Of a stretch of 64,000 bases of DNA, positions 37,654-47,454 are shown in pieces; the stretch's first letter is position 1, and every line of letters starts with the position of its first letter. The DNA comes from Maribacter sp. (lineage in GTDB: Bacteria; Bacteroidota; Bacteroidia; Flavobacteriales; Flavobacteriaceae), in NCBI GenBank assembly GCA_029287355.1, contig JARFRH010000054.1, positions 10,533-74,532 of the forward strand. The letters run 5' to 3'. Made by a program: the position numbers and the translations under genes. A model generated the notes under the pieces. The model worked only from the letters and a program-made list of their open reading frames with translations. It had not been told where the DNA came from and did not search any database.

Positions 37654-38760
37654 ATGTCACAACTTGCCGCAAATGTGTCCAAACGTCTTTTTTCTTTGGA
37701 TGTTTTTAGGGGGCTCACGATGTTCCTATTAGTAGCTGAAGCGGCTGGCTTCCATCAAAATTTTTCAGAATTTACCCAGGGAACAGCTTTTTCAGGTCTT
37801 GCGCATCAATTACATCACCATCCTTGGAACGGACTTCGATTTTGGGATTTGATTCAACCCTTTTTCATGTTCATCGTTGGAGTCGCCATGCCTTTTTCGC
37901 TAAGAAAGCGACTGGCATCAGGAAGCCGGAGTGCTGCGACCAAACACATTTTACAACGTTGTTTTTTACTTTTTGCTTTTGGCGTTCTATTGCATTGTGT
38001 GTATGGCCACGCCCTAGTTTGGGAACTTTGGAATGTATTGGTGCAATTGGCCTTCACGATATTAATCGCCTATGCCATTATGAATCTGCCACATAAAATA
38101 CAGATTGCCGTTTCAATTGGTTTGTTGGCCTTGACCGAAGTCTTGTATCGTATGTACAACCCTGAAGCACCATATGCACAAGGCCATGAAAGTTTCGGCT
38201 CTTGGGGAGATATGCTGACCATGGGAAAAACCAATGACGGGTACTGGGTGTTTGTTAATTTCATTCCGACTGCGGCACATACGATTTGGGGCGTAATTTG
38301 CGGACAGATTCTGCTAAGCCACAAATCACACAAAGAAAAACTAAAACCTTTTCTGATTTGGGGATCGCTAATTTTGATATTGGGCTATGCTATGGATTGG
38401 CTTCATATCACTCCCATTATCAAAAGAATTGCCACGTCATCTTTTACGCTTGCTTCTGGCGGATTTGCAATATTGACTTTGAGCCTTTTTTATTGGGCCA
38501 TCGATGTAAAAAACAATCATAGTAAATGGCTCAAGATTTTCTCTGTTGTAGGAACGAATTCTATTTTTATCTACCTCTTCGCTGAAACAGTAGGCGTACA
38601 ATGGTTTCGCGATTTTGGAGAAATTTGGACCGAAGGACTTCTTTCGCCCTTAGGTCTTTCCGCAAATCTAATCATGGTCATTAATTCGCTTTTTGTGCTC
38701 TTTATCTTTCGGTATATCACCTATTTTTTAGACAAGCACAAGCTCTACTTCAAAATATAG
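37654..38760 (+). CDS. DUF5009/HGSNAT-like transmembrane acyltransferase
   Basis: 368 aa and polytopic. The N-terminal RLFSLDVFRGLTMFLLV...WNGLRFWDLIQPFFMFIVGVAMPFS pattern is typical of heparan-alpha-glucosaminide N-acetyltransferase-like proteins. Confidence 0.7.
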   Translation: MSQLAANVSKRLFSLDVFRGLTMFLLVAEAAGFHQNFSEFTQGTAFSGLAHQLHHHPWNGLRFWDLIQPFFMFIVGVAMPFSLRKRLASGSRSAATKHILQRCFLLFAFGVLLHCVYGHALVWELWNVLVQLAFTILIAYAIMNLPHKIQIAVSIGLLALTEVLYRMYNPEAPYAQGHESFGSWGDMLTMGKTNDGYWVFVNFIPTAAHTIWGVICGQILLSHKSHKEKLKPFLIWGSLILILGYAMDWLHITPIIKRIATSSFTLASGGFAILTLSLFYWAIDVKNNHSKWLKIFSVVGTNSIFIYLFAETVGVQWFRDFGEIWTEGLLSPLGLSANLIMVINSLFVLFIFRYITYFLDKHKLYFKI

Positions 38761-38787
38761 CATAAGCGAATTACCAAAAAGGCATAA

Positions 38788-38808
38788 CGACTACACAGTC
38801 GGTTTTTT
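38788..38808 (+). terminator. Weak rho-independent terminator candidate
   Basis: cgact-acac-agtcg hairpin (5 bp) followed by gTTTTTT, 28 nt after the DUF5009 stop. Confidence 0.35.
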
Positions 38809-39139
38809 GAATCAAGTTCTGTGTTTAAAATAGGCGCCCAAGGGATATATAGAAATAGAAATCGGATAAAAGACCTATTTACAGTGCTTCTATCGATGAA
38901 AGGCAGGGCTAACAAACTATTTGGTTTGTTCATGTGGAGTAAGTTAGCCTTGGAATTTGGCAAAAAGAGACCCTATTGCTTTATGGGATCGGCATTTTCA
39001 AGTTCTTTTGATAGCTTTTCAAAGAAAAGTATTTCAGTTCGAAATTGCCATTTGTTTGGTTTTTAAGGAAATAGCAGCGTTACTTAAAAATAGAGAACAA
39101 ATAGTATCTTACATCCAATAATCAATTCAATGGAAGGCT

Positions 39140-40018
39140 ATGAATCTATTTTCTAGGACAAACGGAATTTCGAAATTATCGTTATCATCCTTATTTATAT
39201 TGAGCTTTGCCGTTTCGGTCAATGCTCAAGAGGAAAGCTGGCAAACCATGTTCAACGGTAATGATTTGAACGGCTGGACCACTAAGATCCATCATTATGA
39301 GGTCGATGATAACCATGGTGAGACGTTTCGGGTAGAAGATGGGATACTAAAAGTTAGATATGACAAGTACGAAGGGGATTTTAATGATCGTTTTGGGCAC
39401 TTGTATTTTGATGAACCGTATTCGTACTTTCATCTGTCAATGGAATATCGTTTTGTGGGTGAACCGCACCCTGGGGCCCCTATTTTCATAGTTCAGAATA
39501 GCGGTGTCATGTTTCACTCACAAGATCCAAGAACGATGTTGAAAGAGCAAAACTGGCCCATCTCCGTCGAAATGCAGTTTCTAGGAGGTTTGGAGAAAGG
39601 AAAAGAGAGACCAACGGGGAATATGTGCTCTCCGGGTACCGATGTTGAATATCAGGGCAAAATAGATCCAAGACATTGCATTAACTCAACTTCAAAAACC
39701 TTTTTTGGTGACCAATGGGTGAAAGCCGAGCTTATTGTAAGGGGAGATTCTTTGGTGACACATATTATCAACGGGCAAACCGTTTTAGAATATACCAAGC
39801 CAAGAATAGGGGGGGAAGTCGTAGCAGGCCATGACCCCAAAATGAAGCCAGACGGACAATTATTGAAAGAAGGATTTATCGCACTGCAGAGTGAAGGACA
39901 ACCGATTGATTTCAAGAATATAAAAATCAAGAATCTTGAGGGCTGTACAGACCCTAAGGCGAAAAACTACCGAGACTATTATATAGCTTCAGATAAGGAA
40001 AGCTGTGTTTACGATTGA
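39140..40018 (+). CDS. DUF1080 (3-keto-disaccharide hydrolase-like) secreted protein
   Basis: 292 aa with a signal peptide. WQTMFNGNDLNGWT at the N-terminus and GFIALQSEGQPIDFKNIKIKNL near the C-terminus. Confidence 0.8.
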   Translation: MNLFSRTNGISKLSLSSLFILSFAVSVNAQEESWQTMFNGNDLNGWTTKIHHYEVDDNHGETFRVEDGILKVRYDKYEGDFNDRFGHLYFDEPYSYFHLSMEYRFVGEPHPGAPIFIVQNSGVMFHSQDPRTMLKEQNWPISVEMQFLGGLEKGKERPTGNMCSPGTDVEYQGKIDPRHCINSTSKTFFGDQWVKAELIVRGDSLVTHIINGQTVLEYTKPRIGGEVVAGHDPKMKPDGQLLKEGFIALQSEGQPIDFKNIKIKNLEGCTDPKAKNYRDYYIASDKESCVYD

Positions 40019-40020
40019 AT

Positions 40021-40803
40021 TTATTGTAAATCTTCCGGGTATTTTCCAACTACCGTCCACCCTCCATCTACGGGGATGGTTTGTCCATTGATGTGCGAAG
40101 CATCACTTGACAATAAGAAAAGTACGGTTTTAGCAATGTCTTCAGGCCTTCCTACTCGCTGGTTGGGGTTCAACTTGCTCCAAATACCTTCGTAATCCGG
40201 CTGCTCTTTTGCAGTACGTTCGGTCAGTGTCGCCCCAGGCGCCACAGTATTTGTAGTGATTTTATACTTGCCGAGTACACAAGCTAGATTTTTAGCCATC
40301 ATTCGAAGCGCAGCCTTACTCATACCGTAGGCGGTTAAATGTCGATAGGCTTGAATGCCTACTTGAGAAGACATAAAAACCATACTACCCCTTTCTTTTT
40401 GTTTGATAATTTCCTTGGCCGCTCTTTGCGCCAAGAAAAATGCCCCTTTAAGATTCAAGTCGATAACTTTTTCAAATGAGTCTGGGGTGAAGTCCAAAAA
40501 ATTTCCGAAAAGGGTAATACCGGCATTCGGAACAATAAAATTTACCTTTCCGAAATTTTCCAGTGTAAAATCTACCAAGGCGTTGACCGAGGAAACATCA
40601 CCCGAGTCTCCGGAAAAAGGTAAACAGCCTCCGGAGTGTAGATCGTTGATTTTTATTGCTGCACTCTTTGCTTTTTCACTATCTACATCATTTAACACGA
40701 CTTTTGCCCCGGCTTTGACCAAAAGTTCAGCCACGGCATAGCCGATTCCCTCACCGGCACCAGTGACAATGGCAACATTATCTTTTATCCCAGAATAGTT
40801 CAC
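40021..40803 (-). CDS. Short-chain dehydrogenase/reductase (SDR)
   Basis: 260 aa. TGAGEGIG cofactor motif, NAG, and the YxxxK motif in YGMSKAAL. Confidence 0.9.
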   Translation of the reverse strand: MNYSGIKDNVAIVTGAGEGIGYAVAELLVKAGAKVVLNDVDSEKAKSAAIKINDLHSGGCLPFSGDSGDVSSVNALVDFTLENFGKVNFIVPNAGITLFGNFLDFTPDSFEKVIDLNLKGAFFLAQRAAKEIIKQKERGSMVFMSSQVGIQAYRHLTAYGMSKAALRMMAKNLACVLGKYKITTNTVAPGATLTERTAKEQPDYEGIWSKLNPNQRVGRPEDIAKTVLFLLSSDASHINGQTIPVDGGWTVVGKYPEDLQ

Positions 40804-41696
40804 GATTTTTCTTTAAAATAATTTATTGGGGTTCCTTTGATATTCAAATCAATTGAAAAAAGGCCACCACTCAAAGGAAAATCTTTGTGTTGTTGTTGTG
40901 ATAACCCACTTCTTGCAGTAGTAATATACAAAGTCTTTAAGTTTTCTCCACCGAAACAACAAGAAGTCACATGTGGAGCAGGAACATCGATTTTGTCTAT
41001 TGCTTTTCCGGTGAAGGGATTCCATCTTCGAACACAATTACCGCCCCAATGTGCGACCCAGAGCATATCCTCCTCATCGATACACATGCCGTCAGGGCTT
41101 CCATAAGCCTTAGGAACCTCAACAACGGTTTTTGCATTTGAAATCGAACTATTTTCTAGATCAAAGTCAAAAGCCTGAATTTCAAAAGACGGACTATCGA
41201 TATAATAAAAAGTCCTTTTATCGGAAGACCATGCCATTCCGTTAGATACGGATGTATTCGGTATTTGTAAGGTGGGCTGAAGGTCTTGAGCAACACGAAA
41301 AAAATTTCCTGCTTTTGGAGCACAGTTTTTATCCATAGTACCTACCCAAAATGCACCGTTTGGACCGACTTTTCCATCATTAAAACGAATTCGGTCATCG
41401 TAATTTTCCAAGACTCCAAGTTTAGTCAATCGTTCTGCTTTGAAATCAAAAGACGCCAGACCTTTTTCCATGGCCAAAAGTAAATTTCCATTTTGCATAG
41501 GAACGGCCGCACCTACCATTTCGTCAAACGCCCAGCTCTTGTTTTTCCCTATGGACGGCCAATATTGATGCAATTTGTAGCCTTCAATATCTACCCAAAA
41601 CAATGATTGTTTCTTATAATCCCATACCGGGCCTTCACATAGAAGGGCCTTTGTATCGAATAATAAATTAGCATTTCTCCCCATAAATTTAGACAT
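40800..41696 (-). CDS. SMP-30/gluconolactonase/LRE-family lactonase
   Basis: 298 aa. EGPVWD...LFWVDI, RFNDGKVGPNG, SNGMAWS and PDGMCID are six-bladed propeller lactonase motifs. It overlaps the SDR gene by 4 nt. Confidence 0.85.
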   Translation of the reverse strand: MSKFMGRNANLLFDTKALLCEGPVWDYKKQSLFWVDIEGYKLHQYWPSIGKNKSWAFDEMVGAAVPMQNGNLLLAMEKGLASFDFKAERLTKLGVLENYDDRIRFNDGKVGPNGAFWVGTMDKNCAPKAGNFFRVAQDLQPTLQIPNTSVSNGMAWSSDKRTFYYIDSPSFEIQAFDFDLENSSISNAKTVVEVPKAYGSPDGMCIDEEDMLWVAHWGGNCVRRWNPFTGKAIDKIDVPAPHVTSCCFGGENLKTLYITTARSGLSQQQHKDFPLSGGLFSIDLNIKGTPINYFKEKS

Positions 41697-41731
41697 TCAA
41701 GCATCTAAAAACAGCACTTAAATATAAGCTT

Positions 41732-42268
41732 ATGAAAAAGGTTTTAACAATTTTGTTGGCATTTTGTTCGCTACAGCCGGGCATTTCACAAACCGATACC
41801 ATTCCCAAAACACAATTTACCATCATGTACCTTCCGGTTTGGCAAGAAGCCGCTTGGCATTGCCTCGAGGTGGCTAAAGCCATGCCGGAGGACCTATATT
41901 CGTACAAGCCAACTGAAATCAGCAAAACATTTGGTGAACAAATGGTGCATATCGCAGCAGCAACGAAATTGTTGACGCAACGTTACGTGCAAGGGTTGGA
42001 GGTAAAACCGAATACCCCAGATGCCTCTAAAATGACCAAGGAGGAAATTTTGGGCCTATTGCAGGCTAGTCTGACTTATACGAAAGGAGTTGTACAAACC
42101 ATTGAACAGGTACAGTTGGATGAGACTTGTAAAATGTATCACAGTGGTAATACAGTTAGTAGGGCATTTGCCCTTTTTTATGTTCAAGACCATATGGCAA
42201 ATCATCGCGCAAAGTCGAACCTATACCTGCGAATGAATGGTATTGACCCACCTGAGTATACGTGGTGA
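41732..42268 (+). CDS. DinB-family protein (secreted)
   Basis: 178 aa with a signal peptide. MVHIAAA and HMANHRAKSNLYLRMNGIDPP are DinB_2-like. Confidence 0.75.
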   Translation: MKKVLTILLAFCSLQPGISQTDTIPKTQFTIMYLPVWQEAAWHCLEVAKAMPEDLYSYKPTEISKTFGEQMVHIAAATKLLTQRYVQGLEVKPNTPDASKMTKEEILGLLQASLTYTKGVVQTIEQVQLDETCKMYHSGNTVSRAFALFYVQDHMANHRAKSNLYLRMNGIDPPEYTW

Positions 42269-42270
42269 TT

Positions 42271-43899
42271 TTATTCTAAAATACCGGAGTATTTAGATGT
42301 ATTCCCCAAAAGTTCGGTTGCCGCTAAAATGGCATCATCATTTGTGAGGTAATAGGTATACAACCCATCACGATAGAAATAGCGCTTTACGATTTCGTCT
42401 TCCAATTTGCTTTGAATCTCTTTTTGATGAATCTCTAAAGCAGCAGTTTTGCTGTCTTCAATATTCGCCAACAAGGTATTGAAATCCGTTTCGATAGCTT
42501 CATTGAAAATCACTTCTTCACGATTGGACAAGGCCTCTTTCAATATTTTTTCCGTTTTCGTCTCAAATGAGAAATCACTTATGGAAACAAAGGCTTTGAA
42601 CCGTTGAAAATCACCGTTGGTAAAGTTGAAAGAATTTAAATTCTCCAAGGTATTCTTGTAGTAATAATCCGTCGCGAAGTCAAAGATGACATTGTTGTTC
42701 AGTAGCGCCGCGGTCAATGGGTTTGCCTTTATCGCTGTGATTTCAATGTCAGGTAGAACACCACCTCCATCTTTCACTTTTCTTCCGTTTCGAGTTTTGA
42801 ATTCGTTAAAAGTAGTATTTCGAACCGCCTTATTGTTTTTATCCCGGTTCCAATAATCCAATGATTGAATGCATCTTCCAGAAGGGGTAAAATATCTAGA
42901 TATGGTCACTTTCAACTGTGTTCCATAGGTTAATTTCATGGGTCGTTGTACAAGCCCTTTTCCAAAACTTCGGGCGCCCATGACCACTGCGCGATCTAGA
43001 TCTTGTAGGCTGCCGGAAACAATTTCACTTGCCGAGGCACTGCTTCCATTGACCAAAACTACCAGTGGTATCTCGGTATCAACTGCTTTATTTTTGGTTT
43101 TATATTCGCGATTGAATTTTTTGACTTTTGATTTTGTAGTAACGATCAATTCTCCCTTGGCAACAAATAAATTAGTCACATTAATGGCCTCCGATAGTAA
43201 TCCGCCAGGGTTACCCCTTAAATCCAAAATTATTTTTTCAGCGCCTTTTCCTTTAAGATCTAAAAGGGCTTCTTTGGTTTGGCTAGATGCTTTTTCGTTG
43301 AATTTGGCCAAGACAATGTAGCCTGTATTATCATCTACCATATTGTAAAAAGGCACTGCATCGACCTCAACGGCTCCTCGGGTAATTGTAGTTGTTTTAG
43401 TTTCGCCTTGCCTCTTATAGGTAACGGTTACCGAAGTATTATTGGCTCCTTTGAGCAATTCACTTGCGTTATCGTCGAAGTCGGCAACACGAATGTCTCC
43501 TATTTTAATAATTTCATCCCCGGCCTTTAAACCCGCTTTGTCCGCAGGATAGTCTTTATAGGGTTCGATAATCAAGAGCTTATTTTCGTAAGACCTTACT
43601 GTAGCGCCTATTCCTGAATACTCACCTGTATTGTTGATGCGGTATTCTTCAACATCCTGTTCGTTTAAGAATTTGGTATACGGATCCAAATCGTCAAGCA
43701 TGTTCTTGATGGCGGTATCCATCAATTCTGCAGGATTCGTCTCATCAACGTAATTCATGTTCAATTCTTTGAACAGTGTTGTGAATATCTCGATTTGCTT
43801 TGCAATTTCGAAAAAGTCGCTTTTAAAACTACTTCCTACCGCCAAGAACATGACGGCAATCATCGGAATCAAGACTCGCTTTTTCAAAATACTATTCAT
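42271..43899 (-). CDS. ctpA: S41 carboxyl-terminal processing peptidase
   Basis: 542 aa. PDZ segment (AGLKAGDEIIKIGD), LDLRGNPGGLL, and the catalytic Ser block NGSSASASEIVSG. Confidence 0.85.
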   Translation of the reverse strand: MNSILKKRVLIPMIAVMFLAVGSSFKSDFFEIAKQIEIFTTLFKELNMNYVDETNPAELMDTAIKNMLDDLDPYTKFLNEQDVEEYRINNTGEYSGIGATVRSYENKLLIIEPYKDYPADKAGLKAGDEIIKIGDIRVADFDDNASELLKGANNTSVTVTYKRQGETKTTTITRGAVEVDAVPFYNMVDDNTGYIVLAKFNEKASSQTKEALLDLKGKGAEKIILDLRGNPGGLLSEAINVTNLFVAKGELIVTTKSKVKKFNREYKTKNKAVDTEIPLVVLVNGSSASASEIVSGSLQDLDRAVVMGARSFGKGLVQRPMKLTYGTQLKVTISRYFTPSGRCIQSLDYWNRDKNNKAVRNTTFNEFKTRNGRKVKDGGGVLPDIEITAIKANPLTAALLNNNVIFDFATDYYYKNTLENLNSFNFTNGDFQRFKAFVSISDFSFETKTEKILKEALSNREEVIFNEAIETDFNTLLANIEDSKTAALEIHQKEIQSKLEDEIVKRYFYRDGLYTYYLTNDDAILAATELLGNTSKYSGILE

Positions 43900-44269
43900 G
43901 ACTGATTTTTTTATTGAATTTTTCCAATACTGATTTCATTTGTGCTCCAACCTGTTGGGCTGTCGGCATTTCTTTACCAAGATATAAAAATAGGAACGCA
44001 AAAGTTCCCTCCCTATTGTTAAAAACCACTGCTTTGTTCAAACGGTAACTTTCGCGTAGTAGGCGTTTAATGCGGTTTCGTTTTACAGCGCTTTTAAAGT
44101 TTTTTTTAGGTACTGTTACTCCCGCTTGAATCGGTACGTCAATAGGGAGTTCGACCTTGAGATAGATAAGTTTTATCGGATAGCTTGAGATACTTTTCCC
44201 TTTTACAAAGAGCTGTTCGATGAGTTTTTTACTTTTTAGTTTTTCTTTTTTCGGGAAATTAAATGGCAT
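43892..44269 (-). CDS. rnpA: Ribonuclease P protein component
   Basis: 125 aa and basic. KEKLKSKKLIEQLF..G.S...YPIKL...VPKKNFKSAVKRNRIKRLLRE is typical of RnpA. Confidence 0.8.
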   Translation of the reverse strand: MPFNFPKKEKLKSKKLIEQLFVKGKSISSYPIKLIYLKVELPIDVPIQAGVTVPKKNFKSAVKRNRIKRLLRESYRLNKAVVFNNREGTFAFLFLYLGKEMPTAQQVGAQMKSVLEKFNKKISHE

Positions 44270-44399
44270 AGAACGGTAAAATTACATATAAAGCCTCAGT
44301 TTCACTTCATGACTTTTGTCATAGTTCTGGCCCATCGAAGCTTTTAATTTAGAGGATTGTCCGCTTAAGCCGAAAAATTGCTACAGCAAAGCATACATT

Positions 44400-46250
44400 A
44401 TGGGAGAGCTAAAAGTAAAAAAACTTAAAGGAAGTGCTGAGAAAGCCGATTACATCAATCGACTATTAAATGATATTGAAGCCTTGCGGCTAATGTTTGA
44501 AAAGGGAATGTTCGAAAATGACACCATTAGAATCGGTGCGGAACAAGAATTTTGCCTCGTCAACCGCGAATGGGAACCTTCTGATAAGGCAATGCAAGTC
44601 TTAGAGGCCATTAATGATGATCATTTTACTACAGAAATAGCATTGTACAATCTTGAGGTTAATCTAGACCCACTCGTACTTTCCGGGGACTGTTTTTCAC
44701 GACTTCACCAAAAGCTAGATGAATTGCTATCAAAAGCGAGAGCTAAGGCCGCAGAAGAGGATTTGAAAATCATATTAACGGGGATACTGCCTACAATTGA
44801 CTCAAGACACCTGAAAACTTCGTACATGACACCCATCAAACGTTACGAAATTCTAAATCGGATTATCTGTGACTTGCGTGGTGATGTTCTGGAGCTTCAT
44901 ATCAAAGGAGTGGATGAAATCAATCTTCATCACGATTCTATCCTTTATGAGGGTTGTAATACAAGTTTTCAGGGGCATTTACAATTGGATCCTGCAGACT
45001 TCACAAATAGTTACAATTGGGCACAAGCGATTGCTGGCCCGATATTGTCAATCTGTGCCAATTCACCGTTATTAATGGGAAGAGAGCTTTGGCAGGAATC
45101 TCGAATTGCACTATTTAGACAAAGCGTTGACACTAGGGCAAGCACCTCCTTGCCGAACGAACGTGATGCCAGAGTGGGGTTTGGCAATAATTGGGCGCAA
45201 GGTTCAATAGTCGATTATTACAAAGACAGTGTTGTGAATTTTAGAAGCTGGATAACCGGAGACTTGAACATTGACAGCTTAGAGGAACTGCATAACGGAA
45301 AAACGCCCAAACTTAAGGCGTTACAGCTTCACAACGGAACCGTTTATAAATGGAATAGACTCTGCTATGGGATTACCGATGGCAAGCCCCATGTTCGTAT
45401 TGAAAATCGATACCTTCCTGCGGGGCCCACAACGGCAGATGAAATCGCCAATTTTATGTTTTGGGCAGGCGTGATGCGAGGTCGTTCAAAAAAGTATGAC
45501 GATATTCATGAAAAATTGGATTTTAAAGATGCCAAAAGTAACTTTTACAATGCCGCAAGATATGGTACCGCTGCACAGTTTTATTGGAATGGAGTGCTGG
45601 TGCCCTGTAAAGAACTATTGCTCGACGAGTTTCTGCCGATGGCCTATAGAGGGCTGTATAGCATGAAAATCAAACCGGAAGATGCAGAGAAATACCTGGG
45701 AATTATAGAAAACCGGGTCAAGGGAAGAAATGGTGCCCGTTGGATGGTTGAGAGTGTGCGGAAGTTAAGGCAAGAACACAAAACATCCGACGCACTTCGG
45801 ATAGTGACGGCAAGCATGTATGAACATGAGCGAAAAGGATACACTATTGACGCTTGGCAATTGGCAAGAGGATATGAACACGTATCTGAAGAGGCTGAAA
45901 AGGTGGTGCTACATCATATGAACACCAAAATGATAACTGCCCAAGATAGCGATAGTGCGGCCCTAGTCTTAAAAATGATGGAATGGAAGAACATTCACCA
46001 TGTTCCTATCATGGATTCCCATTTTAATTTGGTTGGATTGCTCACCTGGACAGATGTGGAGCATTATAGAGACAATTCGGAAAGCCTTCAAATTAGCATT
46101 AAAGACATTATGAGAACCAAATTGATTACCACGACTCAAGATACCAAATTAAGGAAAGCAAAGGAAATTATGCATGAGCATCAAATCAACTGTCTTCCTG
46201 TAGTTGAGGGCAAAAAGCTAGTGGGAATCATCACTACAAAAGATTTGTAA
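44400..46250 (+). CDS. GCS2-family carboxylate-amine ligase fused to a C-terminal CBS-domain pair
   Basis: 616 aa. The N-terminal region of about 480 aa has GCS2/YbdK-like blocks (RIGAEQEFCLVN..., LEVNLDP, FQGHLQ, VRIENRYLP). The C-terminal region of about 120 aa has two CBS-like repeats (MITAQDSD...IHHVPIMD and LITTTQDT...INCLPVVEGKKLVGIITTKDL). Confidence 0.7.
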   Translation: MGELKVKKLKGSAEKADYINRLLNDIEALRLMFEKGMFENDTIRIGAEQEFCLVNREWEPSDKAMQVLEAINDDHFTTEIALYNLEVNLDPLVLSGDCFSRLHQKLDELLSKARAKAAEEDLKIILTGILPTIDSRHLKTSYMTPIKRYEILNRIICDLRGDVLELHIKGVDEINLHHDSILYEGCNTSFQGHLQLDPADFTNSYNWAQAIAGPILSICANSPLLMGRELWQESRIALFRQSVDTRASTSLPNERDARVGFGNNWAQGSIVDYYKDSVVNFRSWITGDLNIDSLEELHNGKTPKLKALQLHNGTVYKWNRLCYGITDGKPHVRIENRYLPAGPTTADEIANFMFWAGVMRGRSKKYDDIHEKLDFKDAKSNFYNAARYGTAAQFYWNGVLVPCKELLLDEFLPMAYRGLYSMKIKPEDAEKYLGIIENRVKGRNGARWMVESVRKLRQEHKTSDALRIVTASMYEHERKGYTIDAWQLARGYEHVSEEAEKVVLHHMNTKMITAQDSDSAALVLKMMEWKNIHHVPIMDSHFNLVGLLTWTDVEHYRDNSESLQISIKDIMRTKLITTTQDTKLRKAKEIMHEHQINCLPVVEGKKLVGIITTKDL

Positions 46251-46254
46251 AAAA

Positions 46255-47454
46255 ATGCCCAGATCATTGGAAGATCCTATCAAGGCTTCACAAACCACAA
46301 GGTTTATTGGAAGTTTTGAAGGAAATAAAAAAGGCCCTACTGTAATATTTTTTGGAGGTATTCATGGAAATGAACCTGCTGGAGTGCAAGCATTGGAGCA
46401 CGTTTTTTCTAGTTTGCATAAGTCCGAATTGGAAATTAATGGAGCAGTTTTCGGTATACGTGGAAATATACCCGCACTATTACAAAAGAAACGTTTCATA
46501 GAGGACGACCTTAACCGTATTTGGTCTTCCGAACAAATCAAACAAATAGAAAAAAAGGACCGTTCAAATTTGAGGCTTGAAGAAATAGAGCTCCTAGAAA
46601 TCAAGGATATTATTACCCAGATATTGCGAACCCAGTCACCGCCATTTTATTTTATCGATTTTCATACTACCTCCAGCAAAACCTTACCGTTCATCACTAT
46701 TAATGATGCCCTGATAAATCGAAGGTTTTCTCAGCAATTTCCCGTGCCTATTATATTGGGCATTGAGGAGTATTTGGAGGGCCCTCTATTGAGTCGGATG
46801 AATCAGTTGGGCTATGTTTCTTTGGGTTTTGAATCTGGGCAGCACGATGACCCGATAGCCGTTGAAAACAGTATTGCGTTTCTCTGGTTGACATTGGTTT
46901 ATACCAAAGTCCTAGATAAGGAGGAGGTCATTGATTTTGACGCGTATTACCACCAACTATATACAGCCTCTGAGGGGAATACAAATTTTTATGAAGTTGT
47001 ACACCGGCAAGAACTAAAAAGGAACGATGCGTTTAGCATGCTCAAGGGTCTTGAAAGTTTTCAAAAAGTGAGTGAAGGTACATTACTGGCCATTCAAAAT
47101 GAAGAAAAGATATATGCAGAAAAAGACACCATATTGTTTATGCCTTTATATCAACGGCAAGGAGCAGAAGGGTTTTTCTTGATTAGACATACCCCAAATT
47201 GGGCATTAAAAACATCCGCGATAATTCGAAAATCCAAATTAGATAGCCTGTTGACTTACTTGCCAGGAATTTCTTGGAGTGACCACGAAAAACAAAGTCT
47301 ATTGGTCAATCTTAACGTGGCTCGCTTTTTTACCAAATCCTTTTTTCACCTTTTGGGGTATCGTAACCGTAAAGTAGACGAAACCCATATACTCATGCAT
47401 AATCGTGAGCGTACCGCAAAAAACAAAATGTATCGTAAGGAAGCTTGGTACTAG
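46255..47454 (+). CDS. Succinylglutamate desuccinylase/aspartoacylase (AstE/AspA) family zinc amidohydrolase
   Basis: 399 aa. GGIHGNEPAG provides the HxxE zinc ligands, YFIDFHTT a second zinc His, and LGFESGQH a candidate catalytic Glu. It starts 4 nt after the upstream ligase stop. Confidence 0.7.
   Translation: MPRSLEDPIKASQTTRFIGSFEGNKKGPTVIFFGGIHGNEPAGVQALEHVFSSLHKSELEINGAVFGIRGNIPALLQKKRFIEDDLNRIWSSEQIKQIEKKDRSNLRLEEIELLEIKDIITQILRTQSPPFYFIDFHTTSSKTLPFITINDALINRRFSQQFPVPIILGIEEYLEGPLLSRMNQLGYVSLGFESGQHDDPIAVENSIAFLWLTLVYTKVLDKEEVIDFDAYYHQLYTASEGNTNFYEVVHRQELKRNDAFSMLKGLESFQKVSEGTLLAIQNEEKIYAEKDTILFMPLYQRQGAEGFFLIRHTPNWALKTSAIIRKSKLDSLLTYLPGISWSDHEKQSLLVNLNVARFFTKSFFHLLGYRNRKVDETHILMHNRERTAKNKMYRKEAWY

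Noticed and set aside
38745-39139. Two overlapping small ORFs (38745-38963 minus, 38821-39066 plus) in the 380-bp spacer before the DUF1080 gene.
   Set aside because: They are mutually exclusive and have no motifs. The region more likely holds a weak terminator and the DUF1080 promoter.
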